Part shown: in pieces, positions 31,085-39,592 of the stretch
Position numbering within the stretch: the first letter of the stretch is position 1
Layout: the number at the start of each line of letters is the position of its first letter
DNA from: Gammaproteobacteria bacterium
Lineage (GTDB): Bacteria; Pseudomonadota; Gammaproteobacteria; SZUA-152
NCBI GenBank assembly: GCA_021648485.1
Contig: JAKISS010000009.1
Location: 2,061-66,060, forward strand
Length of the DNA stretch: 64,000 nucleotides
Direction: 5' to 3'
Made by a program: the position numbers and the translations under genes
Notes under the pieces: model-generated
What the model saw: the letters and a program-made list of their open reading frames with translations, nothing else
Told to the model about the DNA's origin: nothing
Database searches by the model: none

Positions 31085-32575
31085 ATGGACAAACACATAA
31101 CAATATTCGGTCGATGGAATATATACCTGTTTCTGTTGGTACTCTTTTTTTTATTTGCATGTGGCGAAGAAAAAAATCCAGCAAATATGCCCGCCAAAAC
31201 CTCCGGGGCAAGCGCTGAATTAATTGAACCCGACAACGCAGAAAACACGCCCGGCCCACAACTTACGCTGGACAGTGACAATCCTGCCCCCGACATGCCG
31301 GATCAAAATAATGATGCGCCCCCTGACATACAGGCACATGATTTTAGTGAATCAGCATGGGGAACCGCCGAGCTGATTGCAGCCGACAAAACAAAGGATG
31401 TATTTTGGCCTCAGGTCACTCTGGACGACAACGGCAATGCCCTCGTAGTGTGGGTTCAAAAAGAGGGTGCCCGTACTCATATTCAGGCAAACCGGTTTAA
31501 TGGATCCGGCTGGGGAACCGCCGAATTGATTGAGACCGACAATGAAGGGGACTCTTTGTGGCCCCAGGTTGCCTTGGATAACCGCGGCAATGCCCTCGCC
31601 GTGTGGGCCCAAAACGATGGCACCCGCACCAACATCAAGGCAAACCGGTTTAACGGCTCTGACTGGGGCGATGCCAAACTGATTGAGACTGATAATGCAG
31701 GAGATGCCTTGTGGCCTCAGGTTGCCCTGGATAATCGCGGCAATGCCCTCGCCGTGTGGGCTCAGAACGATGGTATCCGCACCAACATCTGGGCAAACCG
31801 GTTTAACGGGTCCGATTGGAGCACTGCCGAACTGATTGAAATCGATAATACGGGGAGTGCCTTGTGGCCCCAAATCAGATTTGATAACACCGGTAATGCC
31901 CTCGCCGTGTGGATTCAAAGTGATGGCAACCGCACCAGCGTCTGGGCAAACCGGTTTAATGGCTCACAGTGGGGGATTGCCGAACTGCTTGAGACCGACA
32001 ATGCGGGCGATGTTTTATGGCCCCAGGTCGCGTTTGACCCTCGCGGTAATGCCCTCGCCGTGTGGGCCCAAAACGACGGCACCCGCTATAACATCTGGGC
32101 TAACCGGTTTGACGGGGCAAACTGGGGCACCGCCGAGCTGATTGAAATCGACAATGCCGAAGATGCGTTCAAGCCCCAAATCGCCTTTGATAACAATGGC
32201 AATGCTCTCGCATTGTGGGGGCAATACGATGGCACTCGCACCAACATCTGGGCAAACCGCTTTGACGGCACAGACTGGGGAACCGCTGAACTGCTTGAAA
32301 CCGACGATGCAGGAAACGCCTTCGGGCCTCAACTTGCGTTTGACGACACTGGCAGCGCCTTCGCGGTGTGGGTCCAAAATGATGGCACTCGTTATAATAT
32401 CCGGGCAAACCGCTTTGACGGGGCAAACTGGGGCACCGCCGAACTGATCGAGACCGACAACAGGGGAGATGCTTTCAAACCCCAAATCGCGCTGGATAAC
32501 AATGGCAATGCTCTTGCGGTGTGGAAGCAATACAATGGGGTTCGTGAAAACATCCGGGCAAATCATTTCAGGTAA
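31085..32575 (+). CDS. Lipoprotein built from 8 tandem 51-aa repeats (predicted beta-propeller-like); family not recognised
   Basis: Lipobox LFLFAC at Cys26 and a low-complexity linker. Eight units follow of the form xWGTAELIETDNxGDALWPQVALDNxGNALAVWAQNDGTRTNIWANRFNGS. Confidence 0.8.
   Translation: MDKHITIFGRWNIYLFLLVLFFLFACGEEKNPANMPAKTSGASAELIEPDNAENTPGPQLTLDSDNPAPDMPDQNNDAPPDIQAHDFSESAWGTAELIAADKTKDVFWPQVTLDDNGNALVVWVQKEGARTHIQANRFNGSGWGTAELIETDNEGDSLWPQVALDNRGNALAVWAQNDGTRTNIKANRFNGSDWGDAKLIETDNAGDALWPQVALDNRGNALAVWAQNDGIRTNIWANRFNGSDWSTAELIEIDNTGSALWPQIRFDNTGNALAVWIQSDGNRTSVWANRFNGSQWGIAELLETDNAGDVLWPQVAFDPRGNALAVWAQNDGTRYNIWANRFDGANWGTAELIEIDNAEDAFKPQIAFDNNGNALALWGQYDGTRTNIWANRFDGTDWGTAELLETDDAGNAFGPQLAFDDTGSAFAVWVQNDGTRYNIRANRFDGANWGTAELIETDNRGDAFKPQIALDNNGNALAVWKQYNGVRENIRANHFR
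31355..32572 (+). repeat. 8 x 153-bp in-frame tandem repeat array (coding)
   Basis: The units begin at Ala91 of the ORF. Neighbouring units share long identical nucleotide runs such as ggcaatgccctcgccgtgtgggcccaaaacgatggcacccgcaccaacatc. The array generates long antisense shadow ORFs. Confidence 0.9.
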
Positions 32576-32645
32576 ACCCGGCTTGCATGAGCCGCATTTA
32601 ACCTGCGGGAAAAATTAACAACCGGCATCTGCCTGCGGCAGCGGC

Positions 32646-32674
32646 TTGCTGTGGTGGAAAAAATCCCTTAGAAT
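32646..32674 (+). promoter_or_regulatory. Candidate sigma70 promoter for rpmE
   Basis: TTGCTG (32646-32651), a 17-nt spacer, and TAGAAT (32669-32674), about 75 nt upstream of the rpmE ATG. This is a sequence match only. Confidence 0.35.
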
Positions 32675-32749
32675 GCGCGGCTCTCAAGCGTTCCCTCGGA
32701 GGAGTTTGTCCATGGAATGCTCACAACGAACAGATTTGAGGTTGATAGC

Positions 32750-32959
32750 ATGAAGTCGGAAACGCATCCCGCTTACCACGAGATCAAAGTGAAATGCAGC
32801 TGCGGGAATACCTTCGAAACCCGTTCCACACTGGATCTAAACAAAGAACTGCTGCTGGATGTTTGCTCCGCGTGTCATCCGTTTTACACCGGCAAGCAGA
32901 AAATTGTGGATACCGGTGGTCGTGTTGACAAGTTCCGTCAGAAATACGGCGCGAAATAA
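32750..32959 (+). CDS. rpmE: 50S ribosomal protein L31 (zinc-binding type)
   Basis: [27 protein letters not shown]...[14 protein letters not shown] carries both CxxC-type pairs. The start is at the ATG at 32750. Confidence 0.95.
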   Translation: MKSETHPAYHEIKVKCSCGNTFETRSTLDLNKELLLDVCSACHPFYTGKQKIVDTGGRVDKFRQKYGAK

Positions 32960-33079
32960 AACCCGAATTGCTGATTCGCGCGTATCGCAACACGGTACAG
33001 ACGTGCATTTTTTGCTGTAGCAGTGGCAAATGGCATCGTGTCAGAACAAATAGCAGCATAAAAAAAATCAGCAAAAAAA

Positions 33080-33108
33080 GGGCGTCCTGCAAGGACGCCC
33101 TTTTTGTT
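33080..33108 (+). terminator. Rho-independent terminator downstream of rpmE
   Basis: GGGCGTCCtgcaaGGACGCCC is an 8-bp GC-rich stem followed by TTTTTGTTTG. Confidence 0.7.
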
Positions 33109-33147
33109 TGTTTGCTGTTTTATTTTGCCGTTGCCGGTTCGCTAACC

Positions 33148-33891
33148 ATGGCGGCACAGGTTAAGCAGGCAAATTGCGCGGTCGGCACTGTCGCTGAAAC
33201 CGTTACGGTGTCTCAGGTGGTTGATGGAGATACCCTGCGGCTACGTGATGGACGCCTGGTACGCTTGATCGGCATCAATACCCCGGAGATCGGGCGTGAA
33301 GGCAGACCATCCGAGCCACTGGCCAAAGCGGCACGCAAAGCCCTGAAAACATTACTGGGCAAAACCGCCACTGTGGGTTTGCGTTTTGACCGGGAAAAAC
33401 AGGACCGTTATGGGCGCTTGCTGGCACATGTTTATTTATCAGATGGCACAAACATTGAAATGGCCTTGCTAAGCGCAGGTCTGGCGGCACAAATCGTGGT
33501 ACCCCCCAATGTGATGCAGCTTGAGTGCTACCAAACGGCGGAAAACAACGCCCGCAAAAGCGGAAAAGGGGTATGGCAGAATGTTTATCGCCCTGTCCCG
33601 GTGAAAGAGGTTTCGCCCAGTGCGCGCGGGTTTCGTATTATTCGTGGTCGTGTGTTGCAGGTGGGCGAAAGCCGACGTTCAGTGTGGTTGAATTTTCAGC
33701 TGCGTCCCGACAAAGGGCCGCGCGAAGGCGTCGCTGTACGCATTGCACGCACAGATCTGGAATGGTTTGGCGATAAGCCGCTACACTCCTTGCGTGGAAA
33801 AAACATTATCGTGCGCGGCTGGTTGTCGCCTTATAAAAAACAGTTGGTGATACGACTGCGACACCCCGCCAGCATGGAAATTATACCGTAA
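33148..33891 (+). CDS. Thermonuclease (SNase-like) family protein with a C-terminal extension
   Basis: VVDGDTLRLRDGRLVRLIGINTPE...DRYGRLLAHVY...LLSAGLA are SNase/OB-fold nuclease motifs. The start is uncertain: ATG 33148 is given, and TTG 33112 would add a hydrophobic leader. Confidence 0.7.
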   Translation: MAAQVKQANCAVGTVAETVTVSQVVDGDTLRLRDGRLVRLIGINTPEIGREGRPSEPLAKAARKALKTLLGKTATVGLRFDREKQDRYGRLLAHVYLSDGTNIEMALLSAGLAAQIVVPPNVMQLECYQTAENNARKSGKGVWQNVYRPVPVKEVSPSARGFRIIRGRVLQVGESRRSVWLNFQLRPDKGPREGVAVRIARTDLEWFGDKPLHSLRGKNIIVRGWLSPYKKQLVIRLRHPASMEIIP

Positions 33892-33969
33892 CATCCAGTA
33901 CGTAACATTTCACAACGCGGCGTATCTGACAAAGAGCGCCATGATCATAAAACAAAAAACGGACAAACC

Positions 33970-35253
33970 ATGAGCGAAGACACAAAACAAAAGGCACTGG
34001 ATTATCACGCCGGGATTAATGTGGCCAATCAGGCAGGCAAGCGCCCCGGCAAGATCGCCATCGAAATCACCAAACCCTGCGACACCCAGCAGGAATTGTC
34101 ACTGGCATATACGCCGGGCGTGGCGGAGCCGGTGCGGGCCATTGTCGAAAACCCCGAAGCTGCGTACCAATATACGGCCAAGGGCAATCTGGTGGCCGTG
34201 GTGACCGACGGCAGTGCGGTGCTGGGACTGGGAAATACCGGCGCATTAGCGGCCAAGCCCGTCATGGAAGGTAAAGGTGTGCTGTTTAAAAAGTTTGCCG
34301 ATGTGGATGTGTTTGATATCGAAGTAGATGCCGCCACCACCGCTGAATTTATCAGCACGGTGGCGGGTATTGCGCCCACGTTTGGTGGTATCAACCTGGA
34401 AGACATTGCCGCACCACGCTGTTTTGAAATTGAACAGACGCTTATCGACCAGCTGGATATCCCGGTGTTCCATGATGACCAGCACGGTACGGCCATCATT
34501 GTCGCAGCGGGCCTGCTCAATGCGTTGCAAATTCAAGGCAAAAAACTCGACGCTGTAAAGATAGTCTGTCTCGGTGCAGGCTCGGCAGGCATTGCCTCCA
34601 TGCGGCTTCTGGTATCGCTCGGCGCACACCGCAATAACATTCTCATGCTGGATCGCAAAGGGGTGATTCACACCGACCGCAAGGGGCTTAATCCGTACAA
34701 GTGGTCTTTCGCCAGTGAAGATACCCGTAAAAACACCCTGCTCGACGCCATGAGCGGGGCCGACGTATTTATTGGTGTTTCCGGTGCCAACCTGCTGGGT
34801 GAGGCGGCATTAATGGCCATGGCAGCAAAGCCGATTGTCTTCGCACTGTCCAACCCGGACCCGGAAATTGAGCCCGAACTGGCCCACCGGTTACGTGATG
34901 ATATGGTCATGGCCACGGGACGCAGCGACCACCCTAACCAGGTGAACAATGTACTGGGTTTTCCCTTTATCTTTCGTGGAGCGCTGGATGTGCGCGCACG
35001 ACGCATCAATGAAGACATGATGATCGCCGCTGTGCATGCCCTGCAAAAACTGACTCATGAACCCGTCCCCGCTGAAGTCTGCAAAGCTTACGGCGTGGAA
35101 AGCATGACCTTTGGCCCGGATTACATTATTCCCAAACCCTTTCACCCGCGCTTGCTGGAATTTGTTGCCTCCGCCGTTGCCAGAGCTGCGGTAGATAGTG
35201 GCGTGGCACAGCTGCCTTATCCCGCACATTATCCAGTGATGACTGAAACCTGA
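33970..35253 (+). CDS. NAD(P)-dependent malic enzyme, short form without a PTA-like domain
   Basis: 427 aa with LSLAYTPGVA, VVTDGSAVLGLGNTGALAAKPVMEGK, FGGINLEDI and the dinucleotide fold CLGAGSAGIA. Confidence 0.9.
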   Translation: MSEDTKQKALDYHAGINVANQAGKRPGKIAIEITKPCDTQQELSLAYTPGVAEPVRAIVENPEAAYQYTAKGNLVAVVTDGSAVLGLGNTGALAAKPVMEGKGVLFKKFADVDVFDIEVDAATTAEFISTVAGIAPTFGGINLEDIAAPRCFEIEQTLIDQLDIPVFHDDQHGTAIIVAAGLLNALQIQGKKLDAVKIVCLGAGSAGIASMRLLVSLGAHRNNILMLDRKGVIHTDRKGLNPYKWSFASEDTRKNTLLDAMSGADVFIGVSGANLLGEAALMAMAAKPIVFALSNPDPEIEPELAHRLRDDMVMATGRSDHPNQVNNVLGFPFIFRGALDVRARRINEDMMIAAVHALQKLTHEPVPAEVCKAYGVESMTFGPDYIIPKPFHPRLLEFVASAVARAAVDSGVAQLPYPAHYPVMTET

Positions 35254-35263
35254 GGAAAATAAT

Positions 35264-35950
35264 ATGCGCCCTTCTGTCTTTTTGCAGGCAGCGTTATTGA
35301 TCACAATACTGTTTGCGCCTGTCCTGTTACTTGCCGAAACTGTCAGCAAAGTCGCTAATTTCAGTGAGGGCGATCTGGCGGACTGGGAAGAAAAATCGTT
35401 TGAGGGTAACAGCCAGTATCGCTTTGTTGACGCCCAAACAGCAGGTATCAACAGCCCGAACATAAAAGATAAACAGCAGGTGTTGCATGCCAGCACCCAG
35501 GGACAGGCTTCGGGCCTGTTCAAGGAAGTAAATATTGATCTGACCAAAACACCGTATCTTAACTGGTCATGGCAAGTGCAAAACCTGTTTAAAGGTAACG
35601 ACGAGCACAGCAAGAACGGCGACGATTATCCCGCGCGTATTTATGTCGTGGTATCCGGCGGCATATTTTTCTGGAATACCAAAGCCATTAATTATGTGTG
35701 GTCCAGCAATCAGTCCGCAGGCAGTGAATGGCCCAATGCGTTCACTGGCAATGCCAAAATGCTGGCCGTGCGTTCAGGTGAAGAACAGCTGGGACAATGG
35801 ATCACCGAACGTCGTAATGTGCGTGAAGACCTGAAAAAATTCTTTGGTGAAGACGTGAAAAAAATTGATGCCATTGCCGTAATGGTGGATGGTGACAATA
35901 CCGGGCAATCCGCCACAGCATATTTTGGAGATATCTTTTTTTCGGACTGA
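35264..35950 (+). CDS. DUF3047 domain protein (secreted)
   Basis: Signal peptide, then W..KSF.G.S.Y...LNWSWQV...GDDYPARIYVV, which is typical of DUF3047 as I remember it. Confidence 0.6.
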   Translation: MRPSVFLQAALLITILFAPVLLLAETVSKVANFSEGDLADWEEKSFEGNSQYRFVDAQTAGINSPNIKDKQQVLHASTQGQASGLFKEVNIDLTKTPYLNWSWQVQNLFKGNDEHSKNGDDYPARIYVVVSGGIFFWNTKAINYVWSSNQSAGSEWPNAFTGNAKMLAVRSGEEQLGQWITERRNVREDLKKFFGEDVKKIDAIAVMVDGDNTGQSATAYFGDIFFSD

Positions 35951-36344
35951 TTGTTACTTAACCCTGGCATCTCATAGCAAGCACCCCATAAACTGATATT
36001 TGGACAGAAGCTACTCCTTCCAGTGAGTTTATTTAGCCTTGCCCGACATATTCAAGCATCTCAAAACTTTTGTCTTACGGTGCCCGTAACCATTCACACA
36101 CAGGTGCCTGACAATTTATTTTTGCAGGTTGGGTTAGGCGCATTTAGCGCCTCAACTTCAGATAATAACTATCACCATCCGCACAGTAACCCAATAAAAA
36201 ATGACCAACTTGAAAAACACCGGGCAGTTAATATCTGCCTACAATACTTTGATAAAAACTGGCGTTGCAATTAATGTTTTTCCGCTGATCGTTAATTTAC
36301 GAATGATAACTTCTAAATACCCTCGCTTTCTCTGTAACAATACC

Positions 36345-37145
36345 CTATTTTTCTTTCTTTAAAGTTATTACCATCGCTCCTCCCAAGTTGGCAATACCTG
36401 GAATAAGCCTCATTAAAAAGGCATCAAACTTCTCCAATAATGATGGCGTTGAATCATGATTTTTTCTTAAATAAGGATCAAATCTTGAAAAAATTAAAAA
36501 TTTATCAATTTTTATATCTGGAAATTCTTCCGTTAAAACGCGAATATCCTCTTGATTTAGCTTTCGTTCATCTTCTGTAATATGTTTTTCAAAAGAAACG
36601 CTTTTAGAGAAAAATATCGTCACTAACTTTAACCCTCTAATTTTATCCCACAGAGGGACATCCAATGGCTCTCTAAAGATAGCGACTCCACCAGGCTTAA
36701 GCACTCGCCGACACTCTTTAATGGACAATGGAATATCTACATGATGAAGAATATCAATCCCCGCAATAGTATCAAAGGTCTCATCAGCATAGTCTAACTT
36801 CTCCGCAACAGAAACTTTGAAATTTCCCGAAATTTCGTACTTTTCAAAAAGCCCACTTGCGGCCTCGATATTTTTTTCTGAGATGTCAAAGCCTTCCACC
36901 TCATACCCAAGCTTTGCAAATCTTAGAGCATTTTCTCCTGGCCCCGAGCCAAAATCTAGAAGTTTTGGAGACACCTTCCCCGCCGCAGCTTCTTCCGCTA
37001 ACTGATAAATATACCAATAACTGTTCCAAGGCCTGCGTTCTTTTCCTAAGATGGGTGAAAAATCTATATTCTCATTCAAAGTAAACATTTCTGCAAACTG
37101 ATTATAATAACTTTGTTCTCTTTTTTGTCTCTCGGTTAAACTCAT
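36345..37145 (-). CDS. Class I SAM-dependent methyltransferase
   Basis: Motif I LLDFGSGPGENALRFAKLGYEVEGFDIS and the post-I and II regions (FDTIAGIDILHH, LKPGGVAIF). The gene is strongly AT-rich compared with its neighbours. Confidence 0.8.
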   Translation of the reverse strand: MSLTERQKREQSYYNQFAEMFTLNENIDFSPILGKERRPWNSYWYIYQLAEEAAAGKVSPKLLDFGSGPGENALRFAKLGYEVEGFDISEKNIEAASGLFEKYEISGNFKVSVAEKLDYADETFDTIAGIDILHHVDIPLSIKECRRVLKPGGVAIFREPLDVPLWDKIRGLKLVTIFFSKSVSFEKHITEDERKLNQEDIRVLTEEFPDIKIDKFLIFSRFDPYLRKNHDSTPSLLEKFDAFLMRLIPGIANLGGAMVITLKKEK

Positions 37146-37325
37146 GAGATTCCATTCCTCATATTTATATTTGTTAAATTAATATTTTTCCCATATTGTT
37201 GCCAATGTCTATTTGAAGTTTTATATATTGCCTTCCAATACCTGAGCAAAGCCCTTTAGTTACAAGTTGGTTTGCTCAGGAGCGGCGTTGCGACAAGGCT
37301 CTCTCCCCCCGTCACTTTACCTGCC

Positions 37326-38141
37326 CTATGCTTCATGGGCAGGCTTAAATGCTTTATTTTTTCGCCGGGCGACTAAACTCAATATCCCTATCCCTGCCAG
37401 AAGTGACAAAGTCGAAGGCTCGGGAATACGGGTAATCACTGGTAGAGTCGGCGTTACATTAAGCGACAAGGTAGAACTCTTGAGAATTAAATCACCCTGA
37501 ACTAAAAGGCTGAAATCCAGCAACCCATCGGTAGCAAGATCCCGTACCGATGCGTCATTGAGTATACCGCTTATCGTGAAGTCTCCAGCATAGCCTGTTG
37601 TGCTAACGATCGTTCGACGAAAGAGATTCCTTCCGTCGCGTCTGCCAATAAAGTAGTCATTTGTTTCGGTCGTCGTGCGGAGGGTTGTTTGACCGGGTTC
37701 ACTTTGCGCACCAAACACCAGCGTGGCAGACTCATCATCCCCCTCATAAAGATTGATTCTGGTATTGTTATAATAGTTTTCCCCTCCTCCGTTAGTGTAT
37801 AAATCAGGTCGATCTCTTCTAGTCATAGAGGCTCTGATAGGATCATCAAAGTCATCGCTAAAAGTAAATTCAAACGTGACAGCGTTGATATCAAGGGGAT
37901 AATTGTAATTTGTTGAAGGTGTTAATTCGGGCCGAATATCAAAGAGTCCTGAATAAGTCGAATAACCTAACAGCACTCCATCACCAATGTTGCTACTGAC
38001 GGATAAGGGAATGGCGTACGCAGACGTGCTGGTGACAACAGTGATTAATGCAAAAACCAACCGCTTTAACCCGCCGACCCCACAGTGTTGCTGTTGAAGC
38101 TTGTCATTTGTACACCTCCGTAAATTTTGAGCTTTCATCAT
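37326..38141 (-). CDS. PEP-CTERM sorting-domain protein
   Basis: N-terminal signal peptide and a C-terminal IPEPSTLSLLAGIGILSLVARRKNK (PEP motif, transmembrane helix, basic tail). Confidence 0.85.
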   Translation of the reverse strand: MMKAQNLRRCTNDKLQQQHCGVGGLKRLVFALITVVTSTSAYAIPLSVSSNIGDGVLLGYSTYSGLFDIRPELTPSTNYNYPLDINAVTFEFTFSDDFDDPIRASMTRRDRPDLYTNGGGENYYNNTRINLYEGDDESATLVFGAQSEPGQTTLRTTTETNDYFIGRRDGRNLFRRTIVSTTGYAGDFTISGILNDASVRDLATDGLLDFSLLVQGDLILKSSTLSLNVTPTLPVITRIPEPSTLSLLAGIGILSLVARRKNKAFKPAHEA

Positions 38142-38351
38142 AAATAGTCCCTTTCTTTAGCAATGCTGCGTTTAGAAAACAATGCACCTGTATCCAGATA
38201 CAGAATGAATTCACGGCCAGACTAAAGTAAAAAGCATATTTTGTGCCAAGCACCTAACTCATTGTTTTTTTATCAAATAAACTTAAGTCCTTACCAGGTT
38301 CATTACTAATTTGCGATTAACAATGTCAAAATGATTGTAAAAACGCTTTTT

Positions 38352-38717
38352 TTACTGACCCAACGACAAAAAGGGTTTGGTGGAAAAATACAGGATTGCC
38401 AACACAATACCAATGTAGGCAATGATCTTTAGTGGCTCTTCCTGAAGCAATATCCAAAAAGTACGGTGTTTGCCTTCACGTTTCAGTTGTTCATAAATTT
38501 CACGCTGCTGCACCGCACGTTTGGTCTGATAGTCTGCAATAAGTGCTTTGGCGCGCTGCAACTGGTCGTCATCCCGTAACCAGATTGCGGGCATTGAGAT
38601 ACCCCAGTTACCGGCTGAAGTTTCGTAGAATTCAACATTGTTGTCGGTTAACAATTCGCGGATATCATCTGCCTCGTCATCCGGCACGCTTCGCAGGGGA
38701 AATAATCGAACAGCCAT
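38352..38717 (-). CDS. Small conserved protein with a C-terminal transmembrane helix (DUF6164-like)
   Basis: 121-aa ORF with FPLRSVPDDEADDIRELL...FYETSAGNWGIS and a C-terminal hydrophobic helix. The family label is from memory. Confidence 0.55.
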   Translation of the reverse strand: MAVRLFPLRSVPDDEADDIRELLTDNNVEFYETSAGNWGISMPAIWLRDDDQLQRAKALIADYQTKRAVQQREIYEQLKREGKHRTFWILLQEEPLKIIAYIGIVLAILYFSTKPFLSLGQ

Positions 38718-38725
38718 GGATAAGC

Positions 38726-39100
38726 CTATTTTTTATCCAACAGACCTTTCAGGTCAGCGAAGGGGTTGTGGGTAGCACCCGATACGGTACTGGCAGCTGA
38801 GCCCGTACTGCTTTGCCCATGTGCTTCCAATTGGCGCTGATGCTCGTTGTCGTGGCAATAAAGACACAGCAACTCCCAGTTACTGCCATCGGCCGGGTTA
38901 TCATCGTGATTGTGATTACGATGATGCACGGTAAGCTCAGGCAGGTTGGCGCGGGTGAATTCCCGTTCACAGCGGCCGCAAATCCACGGATAAAGTTTCA
39001 GTGCTTGTTCGCGATAGGTTTTTGCGCGCTCGTCTTGATGACGACGGGCATCACTGACGATTTTATCCAGTGCGTCAGTGTTTGTTTTTTTGTCGGACAT
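38726..39100 (-). CDS. YajD-family HNH nuclease-like protein
   Basis: CGRCEREF...LTVHHRNHNHDDNPADGSNWELLCLYCHDNEH is the HNH motif in the YajD arrangement. Confidence 0.8.
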   Translation of the reverse strand: MSDKKTNTDALDKIVSDARRHQDERAKTYREQALKLYPWICGRCEREFTRANLPELTVHHRNHNHDDNPADGSNWELLCLYCHDNEHQRQLEAHGQSSTGSAASTVSGATHNPFADLKGLLDKK

Positions 39101-39108
39101 TGGCCTGA

Positions 39109-39381
39109 TTAATCCTTTTTCTCCAGACGTTGAATGTAATCCTGCATGTTAACTTTGAGCATCTCGCGGAAATCATCACAGAGCATATCGGTCATTTTGG
39201 CTTCATCCTTTGCCAGCTCTTTGGTGCTGAGTGAGGCTTCAAAGGTGTTGTAACGTGCAGCGGCATAACGCAGAGCAGTGCCAACATTGGCCGAGCCTTC
39301 CGCCTGCGCCAGCTTGTTGGCCAGGTTGATGAATTGATCGGCGAGTTCAAAAAAGGGGGTTTCCCGTTTATCGTCTGACAT
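39109..39381 (-). CDS. DUF3144 family protein
   Basis: MSDDKRETPFFELADQFINLANKLAQ...ALRYAAARYNTFEA. The start is set at the internal ATG at 39379-39381. The family label is from memory. Confidence 0.6.
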   Translation of the reverse strand: MSDDKRETPFFELADQFINLANKLAQAEGSANVGTALRYAAARYNTFEASLSTKELAKDEAKMTDMLCDDFREMLKVNMQDYIQRLEKKD

Positions 39382-39592
39382 GATGTTTTGGTTGTCCTGT
39401 AAAAATAGCCCTATGAAAGTGGTCGGCAATATGTCTGCCCGCATACCCTACGTCAGGTCGCGCGCGCTGCCAACTCCAATATTTCACATTGACAACACCG
39501 GGCTTGGTGAAAACTATAGACTTCTTGAAGTAGGTTGGGCAATGCCCACCCTGCGATTGCGCTAACTGTTTGATTATATAAATAATCCAAAC

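Noticed and set aside
31352-32566. Long minus-strand ORFs (31352-31918, 32015-32566) and plus-strand alternative-frame ORFs lie inside the repeat lipoprotein gene. The periodic repeats could superficially suggest a CRISPR-like array.
   Set aside because: The periodicity is 153 bp with no unique spacers and sits in one continuous sense reading frame with a lipobox. The antisense ORFs are open only because each repeat unit happens to lack stops. This is not a CRISPR array and these are not separate genes.
34891-35613. A 240-aa minus-strand ORF spans the malic enzyme / DUF3047 junction.
   Set aside because: It lies antisense to two well-supported genes and crosses their intergenic gap. It has no motifs and an implausible composition.
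39488-39520. A TTGACA ... TATAGA promoter-like pair lies downstream of the DUF3144 gene.
   Set aside because: The spacer is about 20 nt, and it points into the 3' end of the convergently placed ABC-F gene with no downstream ORF.
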